Assembly: GCA_964035545.1 (NCBI GenBank)
Contig: CAXIUT010000192.1
Coordinates: 1 to 31,043, forward strand
Length of the DNA: 31,043 nucleotides
Direction: 5' to 3'
Source of the DNA: Bugula neritina
Taxonomy: Eukaryota > Animalia > Bryozoa
The notes beneath the pieces are model-generated. The model was not told the DNA's origin. It was given only the letters and a program-made list of their open reading frames with translations, and made no database searches. Numbering within the stretch: the stretch's first letter is position 1; each line of letters opens with the position of its first letter. A program made the translations under genes and the position numbers. This document shows positions 12,861 to 23,771 of this stretch, one piece after another.

Positions 12861-13236
12861 TTTTTGTTTTATTTACTAAGGAAATAAGATTTATGTTTGT
12901 TACGACATCAAGGAATTGTATATTAAAAAAAACTAATTTGATTTGAATTAATATAGATATAAAAAACAATATTAATAGAATTATTTAGGATTTTATGAAA
13001 AGAAAGTTTAATAATTTAAATATTTATTTCTATTTTGCCTTGATATATAAAAGTAAATTGAGTTATTTCCTCATTTTTAAACAAGTTAATATTTTTGATA
13101 GCTATTGGCTAGTATTAGAATAAATTCCTCCGTGTGCGTTTTTATGTTAAAAATATCAAGAATAGCCGAGAAAATATTATCATTATTTTACAATAAAAAT
13201 ATCAATTTGATTCTATAAAGTTATTATTATTATTAT

Positions 13237-14356
13237 TCATTACAAATTAATATAAAAATTATTTTAACATATCACGATATTAGTTAAACTTTATCTCCTT
13301 AATTTTTTAAAGTAAAATGGAAACCATTCAAATCCATCAAAAACGATATCTTTTAACTCCATAATTTTGATCTAATCTATGTAAATCTCAACTTTTTTAT
13401 TTTTCATATCAATCTAGAAAAATAAACTTCTACCAATATGTACCTCAGGTACCCTTTCTTGACTGGGCTATCTAAGGACATGGAGGTTTTTTCCTCCAGC
13501 CAAAAGATAAGAAATCATGTAATTACTTTTAGCTTTTGAAGTCTATTTCAGCTGAAGTTCATTCGCTATTCAAAATATATCCATTTCTTCTTTGTATCTA
13601 CTAACTTAATACCGATTCTTTGCTTTTTCTTTCTGGGAATAGGATTTTTACCCATTAAAAATATAAGTTTAGAAACCTTTTTGTTATAACTAACTATTTT
13701 ATTCTCAATATTGCACTGATAATAATCTGTCGATGGCCTGAAATCAAAGCTATATTCAGGCTGGTCATTTTAATTAGTACTTTATAGCTAATTAACAAGT
13801 TATCTCACAAAATTACTTTATCCCAATTTGCTATCCAAACCTTTATTCTCAATTGATGTAATTTCTTTATTATTTTCAACATAAAATGCATTTTCATTCA
13901 TACTTCCCTGCTAATATTCACTTTAATAACTTGTTTGAGAAGGTAGTTAGGACATTTAGCTTTAATTGGGAGAGGCAAATTCAAGTTTTCTTTTTATATT
14001 TGAGTGCTCATCTTTAGGATTTGTTGATAAAAGATTGCTTTTTTATAGTTCTTGTTAAATATGGTTTTAATTTCTTTTTGGACTAATTTATTTTGTATTT
14101 GGAGTCATTTTATCATTTTTTGTTTGAGTTAATACTATACTTATAGAATTATCATATGCTTTTTGTAAAGATGAAAGTTGCTATCTCAGATCTTTTACGA
14201 TTCCCTCCATATGCTCGCATCTTGAGCAAGGAGACTCAGGATTGGTTTGGACTGATTGTGATTTTATTGAATACATATGGTCAATATCTAACGATGTTAA
14301 TTTTAAATTATGTACTTATTAAGAGATCAACTGTTAGATATTTTTATATCAACCAT
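13237..14356 (-). CDS. Coiled-coil plus SPRY/B30.2-like domain protein
   Basis: N-terminal PCSRCEHMEGIVKDLREQLSSLQKAY coil. C-terminal RIGIKLVDTKKKWIYF(G)IANE...HIGRSLFFEIDMKNKKVEIYIDE...FEWFPFYF resembles SPRY strands. Single-base frame breaks at about 14341-14345 and 13571; the middle section was not fully resolved. Confidence 0.55.
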
Positions 14357-14404
14357 TAAAATTTTATTTTAAATAGCAACTTTGCAAATATTAAAGTATA
14401 TCAA

Positions 14405-17400
14405 TCAAAGAAGTTTCACTTTTTGTCTTATCTTGGCGATATTTTGTCTAAGCATAGGAAAAACTTGAATCACACTCCCAAGAGACTGACTTGTCATCTA
14501 TCTCTTCTTTAAAAGATTTGTCTTCTACTATAACTACCATTCTTCCTGTCTGTTTTTGTTAATTTCATTGATTCTAGTTACAAGCTACTCAGTCCATTAC
14601 TTGTTATCGATTCCCATCACTTCATGTATCTTGTTTTCGATTTGTTCTTCATGCATAGTTATTTTTTATTTTTCTTATCCCTTATTATTTGATTAATTCT
14701 ATTTGAAAGAAAGGGCAAGGCAACAAGCAATGACATCATACATTGTGATCATATAACTAGTTGTTTTTTAGTTTTATTCATTTTTAAATTGTACTATTCT
14801 GATAGGTATTTTTAAAGTTTTGAAGAGTTTTACTTTTAAAGAGAAGTGTTCTTACTTAGGATTTACTACGAAAGGTATATAAGATTTCATCAGTTTAAAT
14901 GCTTTAATTATTTGATGCAAGTTATGGAAAAGTTTGCTATAAGATACTACTCCTCTTCCCTCTGGATCAAGTTTAGACCATAATATCAAAATTTGTCTTC
15001 ATTAAAGTGTCGACCTATAGTATGCTTTGTAAATACAAAGTTATTATCGAAAACTCCTGTATTTTAATTCAATCTCTTATTAACTGGCCCACTTACTGAA
15101 AATATAATTAAAGCAGTCAATCCATTTCTCAGTATAATTCCAAAAATGCCAATAACAAAGTTCAATATATTGAACATGACTAATTTCTAAGTAGTTTAGT
15201 TAGCTATTGTTAAAAAAGCATCATATCCACCGCCAATAATGCCAATAAGAGTATACCCAAAGACAACAATCATTTCTTCTTCAACAAGCAAAGAAAGCAA
15301 TCCACTGAAAAACCAACTCACAAATACAATAAACCCTAAAAACCAAATAACTCTATTGAGTTTATCATAGAAGAAGAAAGCACAACTATTGAATTTATGA
15401 CAATAAGTCAAAAATAAGTTAATGAAGGCTAGAGGTATTATAGCGATAAAGATAAGGAGAAATTGTTTTAGTTCTTTTGAACCTTGAAACTTATGATAGG
15501 AAACCATTGAAATAAATGAACCTGGAATAACCAATAAGTAGATCATCAGCTTTAATTTGAAATATTTGAATTTGCCTTAAAATGCTATACTTTCCAAAAC
15601 AAAAAGACTTAACTCGAAAATGAAAAAGAACATTCTCACATTTTTTAATTGAAGAGACGCCCATTAGGAAATTATATCGTTTAAAAGATAAACAGAAACT
15701 AAAAGAACAAAACTAAGACCTAAAACTATCGCTCTTAGAATTCGGTATTATTTGCTTTATAAGAGTCTAGGCCAGAATTTACCTTCAATATTGGTGACAC
15801 AGTTAATTTCAGGAGTAAGAGAAATTATGTATTTTCGAGCTTATTCTTTCTAGAATTATTATTTGGCTTCATAATAAGATATTTTCTCATTTTTATTAGA
15901 TATTTATTGAATTGCCTCCTATTCTTTCTTCATTCTTTCGCCAAACAAAAATCTGATCATCAGTGCTATACACATAGCATTGTAAGGCAATCCAATTATA
16001 AGGGCAATTATGATGCTTTGGAATGATAAAATTTTGTTAAAGTCTTCGTCAAGGAGAGAGCTGAAACTATATCGAATCCTTTGCCTGACATACCAAAGGA
16101 TATCAAAGGAGATTTTATGATTAGTTATAATTTATTGTCTTTGTGTTCGAAGATAGTTGCCATACAGATTATTAATAGAACTAACCAGATGGTGAGAAGG
16201 ATAGGTATCGTTTTCATAAAAATTTTAACAAAATCTAAAAATGAATTATAACTTTTTTTCATATCCTAAAGATAAGGAAGTAAAAGCATAACTCGAAAGC
16301 TCTCAGTAGCCATCCATCAAAAGTCATTCTAAATACAATATCAATTACGTAAACGTATTCGTGATAAGAAAGATACTTATCAGTAAATTTGCTAGATTAT
16401 ACCAGGTATTATCAACAAAAGAATGTTTTCCCCAAAATCTAAGAGCAAATATAGTAATCAATGCATCACAGAGAAACAGTATATCGAATGTAAGCAAGGT
16501 ATATCGATATAGTTATGAATCTTTGCCCATAACATGAACTATTACTGCAAAAATCAAATAAAAAATAAGTAATTTTTATTTGATTTATTTGTAGCTAGAA
16601 TGATTTATTATTCTGTAAAAAGTTTTTCTTGCTCCCTAAAAATCAAACAGACATAATGATTCTAAATAATATTTTTATTTACTTTATTATTTAATGATAG
16701 AAAGTTTTTCTTACTTTGACTCTTCTTCTCTCAGATTAATTTCTTTCATTTAAAGAGATTTCTTGGTCGTATTAACCAATACAGTATCTACTGCTTCTGC
16801 AAATATCATTTTTACTATAAAAATTTAACCTAAAATCAACAAAAAAAATCTAATAGCAAATCCTAGTCCTTCTGAATTATCAACAATAGTTCTATCTTTT
16901 ACACTGCTATAAACATTCATCCAGTTAGCGTTAGTAAGGGATGTAAAATGTTTAACAACTTCAATAAAGAATGAACTTTTTCTTAGAATTGCATTGAAAA
17001 GATAGCAAAAATCATAGAAACAACCAATCCAAAACAAAGAAGTATAAATAGATTTCCTACAATGAATACAAGTAGTTTAATTTGTTTGTTATAAGTAGTA
17101 TTTTTTCCTCTTAGAAGAGATATATAGATAACTCTCATAGCTAAAGTTCCAGTAGCCAAAGGTGTCAAGACTGAAGGCTCTTCCATAATTCTTTTATCTT
17201 AAAGAATTCTGCAAAGATAGTCTACAAAGTTGATGAAATAGATAACCATCTATATTTTAAACATATGTTCCTGATAAATATTTAGAGGATTATCATCTTG
17301 AAAACAACATTTGATAGCTCCTTTAACGATAGTATATATCGTCCAGAGTATGAACATAACTACAAGAATACTTCCTACAATTTTATTGAAAGATTAATCA

Positions 17401-18951
17401 AAAATTTATATTGCGAAAAGAAAACTAAAAATGAATTGAGTAAGAGCCAGTATTGCCAGAACAACTCTTATCACAGATGTTTTTAAATTTAATTTTGATG
17501 CTTAGGGTTGATGAGTGACGTTATCTTCTCTTTATTTTTAAGATATTTGAGGCAGAGCTTGTTCTTCAGTTCTAACATTTGCATCTTATGATTGAATTGA
17601 TATTTTTCTTTTGTGATTATTTTATCTAAATAACATAAAATATACTCTTTCATATCTTATTATTTGTTCAAATTCAAAGGCGAGTTGCTAGGAGTATTAA
17701 TATTGCTAAAAGTAGGTGTTTTATCAACACTTTTCTTATTTACTATTTTATCTCCCTGTTCAGATCTTCTTGCTTGACTTTCATTTGAATTATCTAAATC
17801 TTCATCATGTCTTTCTGCTACCCTAGTATCGATATACACTGATACAATGGGAATAAAGGCAAATTGTATCAAAATGATAGCTATGATACATGTAAAAATT
17901 ATAGATATCCTGGAATAGCGTTGATATACTATATTAAATTAAAATTACAATATTGATGATCTGAACAGCATGACCTAGATTTCCAAGACTTAGAATAGTA
18001 AATATACCTCGATATAAATTATTAAATGTAAAGAATCCATTGCCTAATTTGTCATTATCTATGTATTCTGAAGAACTAGCCATTGAGTTGTAACTATAAG
18101 GGTTCAGACACTCAAATGAAGATGGACATTATCGACTTCCGCAAAGAAGATCATCTTGTGGTGCTGGAAAAGATCCAATTTGAACAGAAGATCTGCATCG
18201 ATTGTAAATATTGAAGGCTCCTGCCAATCCAAAAGACATACTAATAGCTACTAGTACATAGATCATGGAAGAGATGATGAAAATACCTGTTTAAGCATGA
18301 TATAATATTTAACAGCAAGATCTTTGTATGTATAGTTAACATTGAAAGGAAAGAACAGTCTTATTCCTCTTAATACCCTGCAATACTCCAGATAGGGTGC
18401 TATCTTCATCTATCAGATGCAAAGCCACAGTTGTAGCTAGACTAATCAAATGTAACAAATCATCGAATTCCAAACAACTTCCTTTAACTATTTTTCTTAT
18501 TCCCAGTCCCAGTGCTATTACAATTCCTATAAAGTTAATGATATGATATCCACTGATAGAACTGAATTGAGTTTATCCACTGCTGATTGCATAGCATATC
18601 CATACGACATTTTTCAAGATCAAGACAGCTAATTAATTTTCTTATGGTTTTTAATAATGAATAGTTTTAACCGAAATCTTACTTTGTAATAATCTAGCTG
18701 CATATTGTTATTTTGGCTTCAAGTTGACTATTTTTAATCAATGAATTGTTCGATATAGTATTGACTGAAACAAATTTAGGTAGAGATTTGGTTGAAATGT
18801 GATTATTATCATTGAAATCCATGATTTATTCTACCACTATATCATCATTTATCAGTTTAGGTTAAATCTGATGCATAAATATTTTAGTCTTTGGGTGCAT
18901 CTCTTCATCAGTAGATCTCCTCACTAACTACATATCGGTGTCATGCTACAT
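14405..18951 (-). CDS. Divergent four-domain voltage-gated cation channel alpha-subunit-like protein (Cav/Nav family)
   Basis: Four hydrophobic blocks. S4-like RVLRGIRL (about 18356-18380) and LRAFRV (about 16290-16306). Cys-rich domain I turret NRCRSS...DDLLCGSRECPSSFECLNP...GFFTFNN; pore-like SLTNANWMNVY; C-terminal EF-hand-like LWSKLDPEGRGVVSY. 20-nt introns at 17948-17929 and 17645-17626; several junctions unresolved. Confidence 0.8.
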
Positions 18952-19067
18952 GGAATAATAGAAAACGTTATTATTTTAAATAAATAAAGAACTTGATTTA
19001 GATTAACTCGATATTCTTAAAATCATCAAAAAATAAAAACATTTAAAATGATAAAGATGATGAGATC

Positions 19068-19473
19068 AGTTTAGTCTAATACCTGATTTATAGCACTCTC
19101 CTTTAAAATCTTGTTCTGAGTTATCAACTGAAAGATCACTTGCTGTAAAATTAAGTAAAAGATCATTTTATTCTCTATCCAAATTCAATCCTAACTATGT
19201 CCAATTCTAAGTAACTAATCCATTTTAAATCCTTCAGCATAAGGTACACAATTTATCCAATCATTAACAGTCATTCCTTTTCTCTAAGTTTGAAATTTAT
19301 TTTTTTGAAGATACGATCTGAACCCAATTCTAAATCAAAAATATCAATACATTACTCTTGAAGTTACTTGATATTCTGTACTTTTAACTGAAGATCTCTT
19401 TTTATCGATTATTCTTTCTATATTTTGTACTTCAATTGCTTTATTTTTTACGGAGTTACTCTTTCTCAATCAT
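19068..19473 (-). CDS. Small hypothetical protein (boundaries uncertain)
   Basis: Open coding-like segments (KAIEVQNIERIIDKKRSSVKS...; GLNLDREENDLLLNFTASDLSVDNSEQDFKGE) and a possible intron near 19329-19349. The start frame is not clean. Confidence 0.35.
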
Positions 19474-19591
19474 CGAATATTAAAAATAAACAATGCTGAT
19501 TTAAAAATTATCAATCTAGTTAACTAAATTAAGATTAACTAAATTTTATAAAATACTAAATATTAATTTATTCTCCTTTTATCATAATAAT

Positions 19592-21029
19592 ATGATAGCT
19601 AATGAATTAATATCTATTATATTGAATGTAGTAATAAAGTACCTCTCACAATATCATCAGTCCATAAATAATCACATAATAACTCGAATAACTATAACTC
19701 TCATTCGAAAAATAAACCACTCCCACACACACCATCGTTGGCATCATTCTCATCGGTCTCCTCATTGCATCCATTCTGATAGTATCGCTAGTACTTGCTA
19801 TTGATTTGGCTACTTAATTGCCAAAAATAGCCTTAGAACCTAAATAGTATATACATAAAGCAAGAAATACTGATAAAATCATTAATTTTGTTTAAAACTA
19901 AGATATTGAATTTGAGGAAAATGTTTTGGAGAAGTTGAGAAAGTAGTATAGAAAAGTTGATCTTTCTGGAATATCACAATAAAGTATTATTAAGGCTTAA
20001 AAATTGAATTAAAATCATATAAAATTTCAAAGAAATCTTAGAAAAACTGATCATAGTAACGCTTAATTAATGATTTCAGGTTCTAAAGACAAATCGATAG
20101 GCTTTGGTTCCTCAATAACATATGGTCAATTTCTTCAAACTCTTAAATCATTGTAATTGACAACTCTTCCTTTTGAAGATCTAACCCAATAATCCTAAAA
20201 AATAGCTAAATCATAGTATAAATACTACAACAATAAATATACTTTCAAAAAAAACTAGTAACCACTTTGTGCAATTATGTTACTATCTCCTGATGGTTTA
20301 AACAGTGGAAATTACTATTATTCAATAAGATCTCTTTTCCAGCAGAGATATAACAACTTGAAAATAGTAATCGTTGATAATAGTCCTTAGCTGGGAGTCC
20401 AGGCTGAGTTACTCGGGTTGATTTAGGAGTTAAAAGGCAGAAAAGATGTAACTCTTTTGGATAGAGTATCAGGAAAAGGAAGAGAAAGTAGTTCATTGTA
20501 TTATTCATTTCATTAACATTGCAAAGATACAAGATGGACAGTGATTTTAAGAGATAATGGATAACTTATAGGATCATATGCGTTTAGTTTACTAAATGAG
20601 ATACATCAAAGAGCTCGAACTTCTCTTGTGATATCGAATTATTTATTAGATATGGGTGTAAAATACTCTAATCTTAAAAATGATTTTAGATATAGGATTC
20701 AGCTTTACAACAACTATTAGAATTCAGAATAGCCAAGAAAATAAGATTATGTAACTAAATATATCAAAAGCTATCAAACTCAATTTCTTTTATAACTGCC
20801 TTTATCAACATATCAAAATAATGGAAATTGGCATCAATAAAATACATAATCTTTGCTTTAATTCGCTTTTCTTTAGTTGAATTGTGGAGATTATTATTTT
20901 CTATAAGAAATATTATACAAAATACCTAAATCTCAACTAGAATACTAAACCTCAGTACAGCAAGCAAGAGAAGGAACTCAAGTCAAATGCAGAAAAAACA
21001 AAGACGATCCTAAATCTCTTAATCCATGA
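19592..21029 (+). CDS. Type II membrane glycosyltransferase family 2 (GT-A)-like protein
   Basis: TM helix IVGIILIGLLIASILIVSLVLAI; GT2-like SIRSLFQQRYNNLKIVIVDNSP and HCKDTRWTVILRDNGELIGSYAFSLLNEIHQ. Open from about 19731 to TGA 21027-21029; the 5' frame and start are uncertain. Confidence 0.7.
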
Positions 21030-21066
21030 TTTTATTTAGTTATATTAGGTTTAATTGTTATTGATA

Positions 21067-22905
21067 TCATAGAGAAACAATGACCTACATCTTCTTTAGT
21101 TTGTCAATAGTTGCTTTACTTTTTCTTTCGATAATTTTATTTTGACTGAGAATAATTGTTTTTAACATTGGTAAATCACTTTTATTTTAAATTATCAAAT
21201 TAAGTGTATTTTATGTCAATTGATTTTGACTTAAGTTTAAACTGGTAATTCCTTTGAAATGAGGCAGCATCTTGGCGACTCCATCATCAGTCAATTTGTT
21301 TCTGATTAATTTTAATGATCTTGCTTTTGTGTTATCTTTAAATAATTATAAAATTTGAAGAATTACTGTATCTCCAAGTTATGCATTGGTGAGATCAACT
21401 ACTTAAGCAGTATTATTGATAATACTTTAAATAACTTTTTCATATTTTTATGGGATTTTCATATTTTTTATTTTCTTTTTGATATTTATAGTATTATTTG
21501 AGATGTCCTTCATTGGATTTTTTGCTGGAAGAGTCTTTCTCACATTGATAAATCTTGGAGAATTTTATTTTGATTGATACTGGTTTTATGTCAATCTAAT
21601 ATTACTCTCGCATAGAAGTTAGTAGTTGACTGATGAGGCCTCGAAACGAGATATTTCAAATTAAGAAGAATCTAAAAGACTTTAGTCACTTTAGTTTTTG
21701 TATAATATTGGTTTTTCTACTTAATTTTCAGTCACTTGATTTGTTTATCGCGAATTATCCTTTATAGTCACATCTTTATCAACTTTTTATGGCTTACCTT
21801 GTTTCAATTAAATCAAATTTTAAATATAATTATTTAGCTCTTAGTTATTGATCTTGATATTAAAATCTTAGATGATTCCAACACTTGATAAATATCCATT
21901 TTATTGTTTGTTTTAAAGTTACTTTAAAAGATGTTTTCCCTCATCATATATCTCGAATCTTTGTCTGTAAAAATTAAGAAAACCATCATTAGATATCTTT
22001 TAACTCTCTCTAATTGTCTGAAGAGTATTTAGTTACCATTGATCAATAAGCTAGCAAGTTTTTTTATCAATTTATAAAGAAGATTAAACTTACTTTTATA
22101 TATTTTTGCCAATCTAAGCTAGCTATTTATAAATATTTTTTTACTTTAACTAAAGATCTTCAGCTATCTTTCTAAAAATAGAACTAATTTATTTTTGCAA
22201 ATGACTTACTTTGATATCTAGTAGTTCTAAGAGTTATTTTTTGACATTTTTTGCTGAAACTTGATTCAAAAACTTTTATTTTTCTTAAAAAAGTCCAACC
22301 ACCTTTTGATAGTTACTATCATTTTCATTTTAAATTTCTTAAATACTTTTGAATTAATGCATTTTATGTTCACCAAAAAGAGCACATTTTGAGCATAACT
22401 TTTCATAGTCATTCATACAAATAACCTCAATTGGTTTCTGATGTAATAAACACAGTTATATCTTTTCTTCAGACTTATTCAGTTATTATTTTTGAAGAGA
22501 TTGCTCAAGTTAGTTAGGTTTTGAATTTTATACTTTTGGCTAAGATGCTTAATTTATTTACGAAATCAATTCTTGTGCAACATCATCTTCTTGGTAATCT
22601 TCTTCTTTATGGATTTTAGACATATCAAAAGAAACATCTTTGATTGGTGAGTTACTATTACCACTGTTATTTCTTTTCTTAGCTTCTACAAATTTGATTA
22701 AAGCTAAGTTTTTAGGAAGTTCATCAATGTTTTCTTAAACTTCAATAACTTACTGATCGTCAGGGCAAATAAGAGATAATGTTTACTGATCAAGCAAGGC
22801 AACAAGACAGATATGACAGAAACTATGGCCACATTTAAGGAGTCTTGGAGGGTTATCATCTTTGTATTAACCTGAACAGTGAGTACAAACGAAATCTATT
22901 TACAT
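21067..22905 (-). CDS. RING - B-box - coiled-coil (TRIM-like) E3 ligase with C-terminal leucine-rich repeats
   Basis: RING CTHC...PRLLKCGHSFCHIC...ICPDD; B-box CLLHQKPIEVICMNDYEKLCSKCALFGEHKMHEF; LRRs SLKLIRNKLTDDGV, SLNLSQNQLTE, TIILSQNKI. 1839 nt, divisible by 3. Confidence 0.88.
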
Positions 22906-22958
22906 TTCTTGAAGGATTTCGGTTATTATATTAAAATTCTTAATAATTTAATAATGGT

Positions 22959-23729
22959 ATGAAAAAGTTTATAGATAAAAAAGTGATATACATATCCAAT
23001 TCTCTTTTAGAAATAGATACTACACAACAAAAGTTCTTCCCTTTTCTCAGTAATTCAATGATCAGTTCAAGTGCTCAATAACAGATAGCTGTCAAAGGTA
23101 TTCATGCTATGTGTAATTATGATAATGTTAGAAATTATATCCCTCATTAAAAATAATTTCAAGAGTTTGTTTTCTTTGGAAGAAGTAATGTAGGAAAAAG
23201 TTCATTGATTAATTCTCTTATTAGAAAATAATTTGTTTAGACTAGTAAAAAACCAGGTAAAACTAAATAGCTTGCCTTTCTGAAAGTTAATTTTCCTTTT
23301 GATACTTTACTTGTAGATGCACCAGGTTATGGATATGCTTCTGATGCTTCCAAAAGAGATATCTTACATTGGGGAAGATTAATTTAGTACTATCTGAAAA
23401 ATACTCCAAAAACTGATAGACAGCTTATCATGGTTCTTGTTGATATGATGCATGGATTAAAAGAAACTGATGGAATGTTGATCAAAATGCTCAAAAAACA
23501 TAAAAAGTCATTTATGCTTGTCTATACTAAATGTGATCGAGCTAAAGAACAACACTATGAAGAATCAATATAAGTAGCTAGAAAAGTACAATCAACTTTT
23601 AGTAATATGTTCTTTCATGTTCATTATACAAGTTCAAAAACTGGAGAAGGAATTCAATAGTTAAGGAATCATATTATGTATCGAATGGCAGCCAAAATCA
23701 TATTCTAAAATGATACTAAAAAAACATGA
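22959..23729 (+). CDS. engB: EngB/YihA/YsxC-family GTP-binding protein (GTPBP8-like)
   Basis: G1 GRSNVGKSSLIN, G2 TSKKPGKT, G3 VDAPGYGYA, G4 TKCD, G5 TSSKTGEGIQELR. Uninterrupted 771-nt frame with TAR read as sense. Confidence 0.93.
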
Positions 23730-23771
23730 GTAATAGTAATTGAAAAATAATACTTTTTACTTTTATTGAGA

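Noticed and set aside
22540-22561. Apparent 22-nt GT..AG intron in the RING gene
   Set aside because: The frame is open and correct without splicing when TAA/TAG are read as Glu; removing it causes a premature TGA.
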